A stretch of 63,993 bases of DNA, filler included, from Atractiella rhizophila (Eukaryota), in NCBI GenBank assembly GCA_021432655.1. It is 21 parts of 21 records of this genome, joined end to end, with 100 filler letters (N's around TTAATTAATTAA, not from the genome) between each part and the next. Parts side by side here need not be neighbours in the genome. Positions count along the whole stretch, not along the records: positions 9,434 to 12,450 come from MU272591.1; positions 12,551 to 15,567 come from MU272592.1; positions 15,668 to 18,681 come from MU272593.1; positions 18,782 to 21,795 come from MU272594.1; positions 21,896 to 24,884 come from MU272595.1; 16 more parts are not named here. The stretch is one strand, 5' to 3'. The position numbers and the translations under genes were made by a program. The notes beneath the pieces were generated by a model. The model saw only the letters and a list, made by a program, of their open reading frames with translations. It was not told the origin of the DNA and ran no database searches. The number at the start of each line of letters is the position of its first letter. Position 1 is the stretch's first letter. Shown one piece after another: positions 11,615 through 22,715 of this stretch.

Positions 11615-14600
11615 GGTCGAGAATGTAACGATTTTTTAAGCTTGCCTGCGAGGGTTTTCCTGGTTCAGTTTCCGATTTCATAATCAGGTGCGGCATCTGC
11701 CATGGATTATTTATACCATAGTTGCCCCTGCCCCTTGACTCGAGATTCGCTCGAACTTGTCTGATGAACGACCGAAACTTGCCGACTGGCTGAAATTTGA
11801 TGTTGTTTGGAAGTTAGAAAAGCTTCGATCTGCGGAGTACATGCCATCCCCCCTGCTTCTTCTCCGCCGCTACACTCTGAGCCCTTTAAAGGTCGGCAAA
11901 GTTGAACACTGGGCGTTGGCGCAGGAGATAAGGCGGCATTTCAAAGAAGGAACAGAGTGTTTGTGACCCGGAGCTACTGAGAATTAGGAAGGCCAAGTAT
12001 TCAACTTGACTTGATGTTGCATTTTAGTGGTTTGCTCTCAGCAGAGGCACATCCATCAATGATCTTTCCCTTGCTTCTCTCTGGCCTTCCAACCCTTCGA
12101 GGCTGCCACCATGCTGAACACCTCCTCTTTCACCCGTCTTCTCCCTTCCTGTGCCGTCATGGTCGTGACCTCCCAAATCCTTTTCCGACCAACTATCCCC
12201 AAATTCTTCGTACTTCCGATTCTAAGCGCCTGTGTCTATTCTTCAGTTTCTGCTCTTGCTACTGAACATGACGAACCTCGCGTTCTGGCACATAACCTGC
12301 TCTCAGGCATATGTCCGCCAAATATAACTGATAAGCTGCGTATCGACCTCCTCGTGAGGCTAGACCCCCACCTTCCAGGATGTCAAACATTTGAGGAGTA
12401 GGAGCTCGAAAGGCTTGTAACAGTGGGTGTGGCTCGTTCGATGTTCCTGCNNNNNNNNNNNNNNNNNNNNNNNNNNNNNNNNNNNNNNNNNNNNTTAATT
12501 AATTAANNNNNNNNNNNNNNNNNNNNNNNNNNNNNNNNNNNNNNNNNNNNGACGGGACGATGATATTATCGTCTCGTCACCGTCTCGTTCGTCGTCTTCC
12601 TTTCCTTCTGACGGTCGGTAGACGCACCAGTCCCGGACAGTCGTCCTACCGGAAAAGCCGGTGCGACAGCCATCCCTAGGCCTGGGATAAAGGTAATTGA
12701 CAGCTCAGCTGGACGCTGGACGACGGGAGTGTCGTCCCGAAGAAATCGCTCTAAGTTCAAATGAAGGAGACAAATGCCCTCACAAAAGGGCCAAAGGTTC
12801 AATTCCTTTATTACCTATTTACCTTATATTTTACTTTTTATACAATTCGGTGGTTCTCCCGAAAAGCAAAGCTTTCATGCTCAACTAGCAAATCACTTCC
12901 AATACCAGACTCTCTCGGATTAACTTGTCCTACATCCAACCACCCATATACTCACATAAGTGCACGCCACACACCTTCAACGAAACCAATCATTGAAAAG
13001 AACTACCGATCGATTTCGTCATTCTCCTTGATTCTTCCACCAACTGTTCATCCAAGTAGTCTCACAGCTCAAGTTCATCCAGGTAGTCTCGTCTCACGGC
13101 TCAAGGTTTGGAACTTATCTATCTTCGTCACAATTTCCATCGGATCAAGATTCAGGTTAACTCCTGCTGATGACATCAGGCATGAAGAACTTCAGCTTTC
13201 TTCATACCTAACATGGATTATGACACCACCCAGGTATGCATCTCCACTGGAGCCTTTCTTCGCTCATCTAACCTGGGTTATGGGTTCAAATTTGTTGCCT
13301 CTTCTCAAACAATGACGGAGCAGCGAACAGCTAGCCTTTGCCACAGCTCTCAGGAACCAATCTCAAGGGAGTTGTATGAAAAAAGGTAGAAGTGGGAACT
13401 CGGCGTTGGGGGTAGAACTGGTTGAGGGTGAGGACTGGGACTTGTGGTAGAACTGAGAATGGAGGGAGAATTAGTCTAAGGTAGAACCATGATTGGAGGG
13501 AGAACTAGATTGGTTGTTGTTGTTGTTGCGATCATATTTCAGAGCTTTCAGACTATAGTCAACATAGCTCTACATTTGGGGATATCACATGTGAGAAAAC
13601 GAAGATGTTAACAGTCCAACAAAGTAATCTTGGAGGTTGAATCAAAGCTGAAAATATTACGACGAGAGAGTGTAAAGGATATGAAAAAAGGCCCCCGGTA
13701 ATCCCTGTTAAAATTTATGTTGGCGTAGAACGCAAGAAGCGCAAACTAGATTGGTGTGTGTGAGGAAAAGCGGGTAATCACATGATCTTCTGCCTCCGAG
13801 AGAAAACAACATGATAATCTTCTAGTGAGGAGGTACCAAAACGAGTACATGGCATGCCTTATCTTGTCACTCCTTTTTTAGTCTGCCCTCCCTCTTCACT
13901 GTTTCCATCAAGGTGTCAAACTGGCATCACAGTTGGCCATTGATACTGTTGCAACCATCTAGGTGAGAGACCTTCTGGTTTGTTATTTACTTAATTTTCT
14001 GGGACATGTACACTGCAGGCCATCGCCCATTTAGCAAAAAGTATTCAGTTCGAGCCAATTTTTACTCTCAATGCATGAGCAGAGCTGCAAATAAAGGCTG
14101 GACAGGGCAGAAGAAAGTCGGGAGCAGAAAGTATGCTGTCCATTTTGTTTCATGGAAGGATTTCGGAAAGCAGACTATAATGGGGACCACAATAGGTGTT
14201 CAATGACTGGTGCCAGGAAAATGTCAACACTTTCTCCTTCTGAATGCAGATCGATCTTTTACTTTGTTCGGACTCACTTTCTCCACTCTTCCACAGGCAG
14301 GCACCCCAAACACAAGCGCCAAGCCACCGCAGGGGACAACAAACAAGTCATCAACATCAGTTCCGACAGTGAACGTGAAGCTTCAAGACATCTTTCTTCC
14401 AAGCAACCCCCGACTATCATCTTCTCTTCCTGTGCGGCTTTCCTCTCAGCCAACCATTAAACACAACGACATGGACGATGTTGTAACCTTGTCCTCTGGA
14501 GAAGGAGAGCTTGTGAAGGAGAAGACTGGAAAGAGGGAAGATTCCGAAGAAGGTATTGAAGGGATGGAGAATGATTCCATGGGATTTGAACCATACTCTG

Positions 14601-14939
14601 GCTTTGTGGAAAGGGAGCAAGAATTCGTTAAAGAAAGAGATATGTGCGCAGAGGATGCCATTCTCTTTTGGGATGATATGATGGAGGGGCTTGGAGCTTC
14701 AGAAGATGGAGAGGAGCTGGAAGCTACAGGATCAGATGGTCTGTGTTTGCTACCTTCATGTTTCTCCCTCTGATTAGAGCTGCACGTTGAGAGCAGATTT
14801 TTGTCTTTCTGATGTGCTTCCCGCTTCAAGTGATGGTGATGGCATGCCTGATTTCGAAACTGAATCTTTTGTCTTCTCTCCATGAAAGAGCCCTAAATCA
14901 CTGAAGCAAAGGAAGAAGCCAAGCCGTCACGACAACAAG

Positions 14940-15403
14940 ATCCGTGTTACTCGGGAACTGAGTGTGGATACCTTCATTCCGTGTCCATCAGATTCCCCTT
15001 TTGATTATCTCCCCACGAGCAAGGGAGGGGTAGCAATCAAGAATACCCTTGTCCCTTTCCCAAATCATGAAGAAGCACTGGACATGTTAGAAAATGCTTC
15101 ATTGAAGAGTGTGTGTTATTGTGTCCTTTACACTTGGATCACTGCTCACGCTCAACAACAGAACCAGTATTTGTTCGACAAGACATACGGCAAATCAAAA
15201 TCACGCACGACACTTGTTTATTGTTTTCAAATGCCCCCGCAGAAGGAATCGCATGTCGTGTTTCTGCTGCTGTATGCCAAGGAGTGAATTATTGCGAGCT
15301 TGTGGACCCGGATGAAGTCGGAGTGGGTGCGGAGGGAAGCGAGATATTAGCTCGTAAACTAGCTCAGCAAGAAGAGGAAGAACAATTTGATGGGGGGGTT
15401 TAA
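14940..15403 (+). pseudogene. Degenerate Cys-rich domain of a probable transposon-associated family, similar to that at 35850-37181
   Basis: FDYLPTSKGGVAI and, after a frame change, CRVSAAVCQGVNYCELVDP. These resemble the motif order FQYFPTTAGG...KCGSWKVC in contig 12. The family assignment is from recollection and is not verified. Confidence 0.35.
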
Positions 15404-15774
15404 GACCTTGATTTCTGAGAGACTATGGAAACAAAAGGTAAGGGCAAGAGGACAAAGATTTTAAACACGATGATGACAGAATCGTGCGCCTCCTCCTTTC
15501 GCCACTTGCGCACTTGCGCGTTTAGTTTCCTTCGAGCACTTTCTGGAACTGTGGCCAACCTTTTGCCNNNNNNNNNNNNNNNNNNNNNNNNNNNNNNNNN
15601 NNNNNNNNNNNTTAATTAATTAANNNNNNNNNNNNNNNNNNNNNNNNNNNNNNNNNNNNNNNNNNNNAGCGTAAGCAGCAGGTTTTATGGGGATATAGTG
15701 GAGGCAAGAGCTTACGCGCAGTGATGCGAAATAAAAAGACTAGACGTGTGGATTTCCGGACAAGTCGAGCCTTA

Positions 15775-16827
15775 TCAGTGAACTGAACGGTGTGCAAGAT
15801 CAAATTGTCGAGGGAGTGGGCGGGGTAGAAGGCGAGGTGTAGGAGGTACACAAAGGTCCGGCGACGGTTCGGCAGCCACTGCCTGAGTAGTCGGAGCCAG
15901 TTCAGTAATAGGAATCGACAGCGACCTCGTCTTGCGAATATGATGTCTCCTTCTGTTCACGTTAGCATTTTGGCTCTCCAGCTCCTCCGCTCTCCCCTGG
16001 CTTCTGAGAAACGCCACCTCATAATACTGTCTGGCATTGTCGTCCCATAACTCGAAGTTACCACAACGAAAACGCACACAAAATTGCAGTCTTCTCTCCC
16101 ACCACTTCCCACTATCCTTCGCGGCTGCATTTCTAGTTATCTCCTCCAATCCGATCTCAAACTCGAACTCCTCAAACGCTCGCCCCTTAATCGTTCTCAG
16201 GGACGTGGCCAACACTTCCGAATAGCTTTTCCAGCTATCCACAGTCCATTTGATCAGCACACTTTTCCGCAGGGCGAGGTTTTGTACCGCGACACACCCC
16301 CTCAAACAAGTCGGTGGACCGTCATGAAAGGCGGTAGGAGAGCAGAGCTCGATTGTTTCGACGTATATTTCGGAATCGAGTGCTTTTGAAGAAGAGAACG
16401 GAGTAAAGTTGATGGGATGTGGCCGAATCAGCCATCCCTCGTCCAACTCGTCATCGGTTGACCATTCGTTTTCTTCCTCCACTGGAAGTGAAGGATGGTC
16501 GATCCCTTCTTCTTTCTTTTGTTCTTCTGTGACTGCTGTCCGACCTATAACTGTTGGCTCGTCAGAATACTGAAAAATTTTGATTTCTTGAGGGTTGGGA
16601 TTAAGGTGTACTTGATGACACATCGAAGACCGATCTGAGAGTTTCGAGGGCAAGGAAATGGCTCGATGAGGACGCAAGGAGCTCTTGACTTTGAGGGGAG
16701 GAGGGGAGGTGTAGATGCCTGCTGCGGCCTCGCTAGGAGATCCGGATCGGTAAGCTGTATGAGGCGGTGAGTCAGGGAACAGGAGACTGGCAGGGTACTC
16801 TACCACCTCATCCTTTGTTTCGACCAT
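15775..16827 (-). CDS. CBM21-domain protein (PP1 glycogen-targeting regulatory subunit-like)
   Basis: LRGCVAVQNLALRKSVLIKWTVDSWKS...FEFEI...LQFCVRF...WDDNARQYY matches the CBM21 pattern. Upstream KSSLR...QVHL...IKIF...P resembles the PP1-docking region. The start ATG is taken at 16827. Confidence 0.85.
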   Translation of the reverse strand: MVETKDEVVEYPASLLFPDSPPHTAYRSGSPSEAAAGIYTSPPPLKVKSSLRPHRAISLPSKLSDRSSMCHQVHLNPNPQEIKIFQYSDEPTVIGRTAVTEEQKKEEGIDHPSLPVEEENEWSTDDELDEGWLIRPHPINFTPFSSSKALDSEIYVETIELCSPTAFHDGPPTCLRGCVAVQNLALRKSVLIKWTVDSWKSYSEVLATSLRTIKGRAFEEFEFEIGLEEITRNAAAKDSGKWWERRLQFCVRFRCGNFELWDDNARQYYEVAFLRSQGRAEELESQNANVNRRRHHIRKTRSLSIPITELAPTTQAVAAEPSPDLCVPPTPRLLPRPLPRQFDLAHRSVH

Positions 16828-18781
16828 GGTGGTGAAGCCTAGTTTCTCGAGCCGCAAAAGCCAGGGTATGAAGATTCCTGTCTGCAGCTTTCGTCCTTTC
16901 GTCCGCTTCCCTTTCCCCCAAGCTTCCCCTTTATAACTTTATTTCGGAACAAGGTTCTCGGAATTTAAGAGCAAAGCCGCATTCAGAAAGGAAGGCGTGG
17001 CTTGCAGAATGCATTTTATCGCCGAGGTGATTCCCTTCCATCTTCCTTCCCGAGGTAGATAACCTTAAAAAGCTGCGAGAAACCTTCATGGTTAGGGTTA
17101 GATCACCTTTGGTCACTCTTAGTTGTTCGGAACCTTCTCCAGGTCAGGTTGTGATCAACTTGCCGAGTTGGCGATCACCAGCGAGCGCTGATCCCATTGT
17201 AGCGACGTCAACGTCGACTTTTGTGACCGTCGTTCATCTCGTCCTGTTGCTTCGAGACTCACGTTCATACGCGTTCAGTGTGGCTCACGTACAACTTCCT
17301 TCAAAAGCCTTCCTTCAACATTGGATCGATCCTATGAAAGTGGTCTCTTTCCTTGTGCGTGCACGCGAGAAAGCAAGAGTAAGGGTGGCTAAAGGTTTTG
17401 GTTCCGCTGTATTGACTCTTTCTCTGTGATTGTGAGCTTTACAGCATTCTTGATTTATGGAATCATGACGACGTGCATTCGGCTCGTTTGAATATTTGGA
17501 TCGTCTTCAATATCAACCAACTTTTCTCAGGAAGCGACATCAAAATGACAGCAAATTCTCAGCGGTATGGTCCCAAGCAGAGTGATTCACTGCGATCTCC
17601 AAGTCCGGCAGCATCTTCCTTGTGGCCGTCTGCTGAAGGAGTGCATGTGAAACTGGGTTTGAGCACTTCTATTTTGTGTGGAACCGTACTGAGAGGAGAT
17701 GTAGGCGAGAACTGGACCTTGCTCAGGTGGGACGACTTGCAGGCGTTTCTTCTCAATCCAGCGAACACAATTCGGTTCCTCATGACGATATCGTCAGAAG
17801 AACGGCCGATTTCCTCAGAGGTTCGTCTTTTCTTGTCCTGAACTTCATGTCTCATGTCATGAGCAGAAGAAGTGACGAAGACCAACGGTACCCCTACCAA
17901 AGTGAACCAACCTGGACTTAGAAAGTAGAGAAAGAAGGTTGTTAAACTACCCCGAGACTGGATGGAGGAGGTGGGGGTGAAGAAGGGCTTTCAGAATAAA
18001 AATCAAGCTACCATACTACGGCCGTACAAGAATCTTATGTTTCCAATTGCTTCATAATAGTTTCTCCCAGTAATGAGTAGCGTTTCTTGAAATCACAAAG
18101 AAGTTTAGCACTTAGAAAGACCTGGAAATAGGATGCGCCGCTGAACTGTCTTCAAGCTTTTATTGCTACCATTTGTTCTCTGTCCGGCAACGAGCATCAC
18201 AGATATTTTTGAATAATCACCACTGCTGGAGGATAGGATTTTTTCAACATTTGAAGCCCCGTCCCCTGTCAAAAATGCTTTCCGGATTTTGACAAGATTT
18301 ACCAGCATTTTCCCCACTTTTTCGGTGTGATGGAAAACTCGCAAAATTTGGGTCAGGTTACGGAATTTTTTGCAGTTTTTCAGGCACGCGAGAGACTGTT
18401 GATTGGCGCAAAAACAGGAATTTCCATTATTTTCCCAAATTTGCAGCGTTTTAACATCTGCCGATCCCGTTGCCCCTCGCACCTGCACCTACTCCTTCTC
18501 CTCCTCCTGCACCCTCCTGCACCACCCTTCTGAACTTCAACCTCACAATGTTGTCGATGAGCCCGATGGCTTTGCTGCTGCTGTCTGAGTTGATGCCGAT
18601 TGTTCCTTCCATCGCCGGTTCCAGTCCTGCCCCATTGAGTTTAGCAAAGCACAAACTTGCTGTATTGAACGAGATACAGACNNNNNNNNNNNNNNNNNNN
18701 NNNNNNNNNNNNNNNNNNNNNNNNNTTAATTAATTAANNNNNNNNNNNNNNNNNNNNNNNNNNNNNNNNNNNNNNNNNNNN

Positions 18782-18879
18782 TATGACTCGTATGAGTCAT
18801 CACTATGTAGTTTAGTTCTGCCTAGGAGTGTTGGTGCTCATTATTGACCACCAACCACTCCTAGCCTTAGATCCTTACA
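18782..18879 (-). repeat. LTR-like fragment, copy 1 (cut by contig edge)
   Basis: Near-identical to 21273-21424. Both copies stop at ...TAGATCCTTACA, which reads TGTAAGG on the minus strand. Confidence 0.65.
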
Positions 18880-19124
18880 ATTCTTGAATGCAAAAATGTA
18901 GTAATGATTAACAATTCATCTTGAATACAATTTAGACTGATCCAGGGTCTATGAAATGGTATGTGTCTGTCTCTGAAGCAAAAAAAAAACAAAACAAATA
19001 CAGGTACGTGGAAACTTGAAATGTAATCACACCTTCTGACATCAATACCCAATGTGTTTTCCTGTTAAGCAGCTTGAACATAGCGTATATGATGCTGTTG
19101 TTGCCCTGTATAACATGTAATAAC

Positions 19125-19810
19125 AATGAGCGAACATTAAAAAGCAGAGCAAAAAAAACTCATCTTCATATATCAAAAATACAATTTGCTATTACTTCAC
19201 CATTATCCATCACATTTCAGGAGTGAGTGGGGCGAATGGAAGGCCTGAGAGCCAGCTACAATGATGTATAATTCATAGTAAGAATGAGCTAATATCAAAA
19301 AATTGGAGGAAAAAATACACACCTCATACATATCAAAAATTGTAATTCTCCATTGCTTCACCGCTATTCATCCTATTTTAGATGTAAGCAGCATGAATGG
19401 AAGGCCTGTGATGTAGCTTCAACGACATATAATATGTGTTGAGAATGAGTGAATATTTAAAAAAGCAGATGACAAAATACACACCTCATATATATGTCAA
19501 AAATGCAATCCCACATCGCTTCGCTATTTTCCATCATATTTTAGACGTAAGCGCGGTGATTGGTGGGCCTGAGGGCTAGGTGTTACTATGTATGATGCGT
19601 AATAAGTTTGAGAGTTTGAGTGAACATCAAAAACAGCAGAGGAAAACATACACACCCTATATATGTCAAAGATAAGATTCCCTATTACTTCACCATTATC
19701 CATTGTATCTCAGGCATAAGTGCATCAAATCCAGGGCCAGAGAGCTAGCTATTATGCATTGAGGGGATATTAACAAAGCAGAGCATGAACTCACATCATT
19801 TACATTGCCT
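19125..19810. repeat. Degenerate AT-rich tandem array, ~160-bp unit, 4 or more copies
   Basis: Units start at about 19125, 19283, 19444 and 19615 and share ATGAG..AA.AT, ACAC(A)CCTCATA, CTTCACC, ATCCAT and GGCCTG. Confidence 0.8.
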
Positions 19811-19848
19811 GAATCTGTAACTGTGCATTCCATCCTCTTGCAACTGCA

Positions 19849-20260
19849 TGTCAGGTTTGCATCTAACGCAAATCGGCGCCGTTCGCCGGATTGCGTCTCC
19901 TATCGCCGATTTGCGTTCCCTGCAAATCGGCGCCTGTCACCACTGCGTCTCCCGTCGCCCATTTGCACCTACATCACCACTTATCCTATTGTGCCTATCC
20001 TCCTCTTATTAACTCCGCGTAATCCCACTGTCACTTCCCCTTTTAGTTCTCTTACATGTTTCATCTGCTCTCCTCTACGCTCTGTGGCAGTGTTATTCCG
20101 CTTGTATATATAGATCAGAGAGTAGTGGAGGTGACCTTAGAGTATTCTCTTAGGTTTATCTCCACTACGGGTTAGTCTTCATGTCATATCATGCTCTTAG
20201 GTTTATCTCCACTATGGACGCATCGCCTATCGGCGACCGCACATAGTGTCAGCCCTAACA
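19849..20260 (+). mobile_element. Solo LTR (412 bp) with 5-bp target-site duplication
   Basis: Termini TGTCAGG...CCTAACA. CTGCA is duplicated at 19844-19848 and 20261-20265. Internal TATATATAG at about 20105, plus internal hairpins and direct repeats. Confidence 0.85.
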
Positions 20261-21272
20261 CTGCAGTTGTAATTGATCAAATAAAAGCTCAAAATTTGCC
20301 TTTGTTTTATAATAGTTGATGTGATATTTATAAAAAATTTCAAAAGTGGAAGCTGGTGCATTATATGTCCCGACTGAAAATCACAAAGGATATCTATTTG
20401 CATCTGACTACTCACTAAATGAACCACTACTTTCTCATCCCGCTTTAATATGCATCCTTTCTTTGCCAAAACCTAGTCCCTCTACCCATGTCATTGCCAT
20501 AAAAACTCATATGTTCATCATTTCCACCAATTGATCAACATCTGGTACTTTCCCATCCTTGATATCTGTGAAAAACTTCTTTACCACATTCTCATCTATG
20601 CTTCACTTCCCCAACATATTCTTGCGAAGTGGGACATTGTATAAGTTGGTCTTTGGCAGTGGGTACGGGACCTTGGACCAATACAGAAAGTTGTTGTCAC
20701 AGATGTTGCGCTTGTGATTGTTTGTATTCTTCTTCCATACCCATCCTTTTGCTTCTTGCATTGACCACAAGTCTTTTCAGCTCCAAGGTTGCCCTTCTTT
20801 GTTGGCTTTGTGTACGACACTTTCACTGGTGGAGGCAGTGTCATTCAGAGTGTCCAGGATACTTTGATTGCTGCTCAACACATTGTTAGTAAATTCCTTT
20901 TCTTTTAATAAAATTGTTCAAACTCACAGTCTCCTCTGGCTACTCTCTGAATATGACTAGCAATCTCCTTCTCAATTGCAAATAAACTATTTTTGTGTAT
21001 CAAACTGTTGCAAATAATTTTGTCGTTCAGAACTGACAGCCATAACAATTACTTCAGGGTGTTCAATATCATCTGGTTTGAGAGTTGGAGGAGCTCCTTT
21101 TGTCCCACTTCATAGCAATCTAGGTTAAGTCCCGTAAATCTAAACTCGTGGAATATCGATAATGTACTACGTAGCAAGTACAGAAACATACTGCTGTTCA
21201 CGCTTAACTAATCCACTCGTGCTTCAAAAAGACGTCCAGCAGTTTAGACTGGCTTGAAGTCATCCACCTCTG

Positions 21273-21424
21273 ATGACTCTTATGAGTCATCACCAAGTAG
21301 TTTAGTTCTGCCTAGGAGTGTTAGTGCTCATTATTGACCACCAACCACTCCTAGGTATGTCTCTCTATACTTCTCTAATGTCTCATTATTGATCACCAAC
21401 CACCCCTAGCCTTAGATCCTTACA
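21273..21424 (-). repeat. LTR-like fragment, copy 2 (left boundary not defined)
   Basis: Matches 18783-18879 with an extra ~55-bp internal duplication and ends in CCTTACA. Confidence 0.65.
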
Positions 21425-22188
21425 CGGCATTCTTCAAGATGGGCTTGGCATCCTTCAGTTCAGTCTTGATCTGCGCTTTCTTCTCCGTCCGTACAATACT
21501 CGGTTTCCTAGTATAGCTTGCGGCATTGAGAAAATAGAGAGCTTTGAAATAACCATCACAATAGCCGAGGAGAGAAAAATGATCGATGAATACGTGTAAG
21601 AGTTGATTGGTATACGTGGAGACTATTTAGCTGTAGTCCTTTCCAAGAAACCGCTGACCGATCCATTCCCTGATCTGCTCATTTGGATAGGTGAGATTGG
21701 TTGGCCGTCTTCACCCTGAATGAAGTCCTGTGTCGTTCCTTTCCGCACATCTTTTCTGAGCTTCTTGTAAACATCATTCCAAGCCTTGAATTCCGNNNNN
21801 NNNNNNNNNNNNNNNNNNNNNNNNNNNNNNNNNNNNNNNTTAATTAATTAANNNNNNNNNNNNNNNNNNNNNNNNNNNNNNNNNNNNNNNNNNNNCCCAA
21901 GACTGCTCACTTCAGCAATGGAAGCAGATTTTGATGGCAGGATAAAGCTCGCGAGAATACGAAAGCACGCGATTTGTACGAAGGTGAGGGTTATCATTGC
22001 GGGAGCAAGTTTGAAACAGAGAGATGCAAGTGTACAATTATGTAGAGGCACCAGATTCGATGATTGCAATTGTTCCACTCGTGCTCATGCAGGCTTTTTG
22101 GAGCTCCGCACTTGAACTCAGGACAACACAAAGGGGCACATTTTCCTCCCAACTCGGCCTCACTCAATTGATCTGATATGGATAGCTT

Positions 22189-22443
22189 ACCCGCACAATG
22201 AAGCGCTGTCCACCCAACATCGTCCTTGATCTCCAAAAGCTCCTTCACACGCTCCTCCCTCTCTGCGACCTCGAGAAAGAGTTGGACATTGTCAAATCGC
22301 GCATTGGAGCATGCATAATGCAGCGGAGTCCTCCCGTCTTCGTCTTTCGAGTAGAGGTCGCTGGTAGACTCTTCCAGCAGGGGACGGATGTGCGTCGCTG
22401 GTGCAGTAGAGGCGAGTGACTGCAGACTTGTTGATGGGGGCAT
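22189..22443 (-). CDS. Ankyrin-repeat protein (Nas6/gankyrin-like), first exon
   Basis: KDEDGRTPLHYAC and KDDVGWTALHCA, followed by a GTAAGC donor. No downstream ankyrin exon is visible before the contig edge. Confidence 0.75.
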
Positions 22444-22715
22444 GCTAGCTGATTAGATGTTATGAAACTGGTTAAGAAACCTAGAGAAAGATGCAATGCG
22501 ACGCGTCATTGCCATCTCTGATCTGATATGGCTTGCACGTGACATTATGCGCGGTGGACAAACTACCACAAATATCGCATTTGATATTGCTAGGCGCTTT
22601 TTCTTTGCCCGCGTTTCAACGCGCCTCGTGCTTCCCTTGCACGTTCCTCTCGCTGAGCCTATAAAGACCTCCTTCCCACTTTGGTTTGGAGCAGCTTGCG
22701 GTATTGCCATACACC

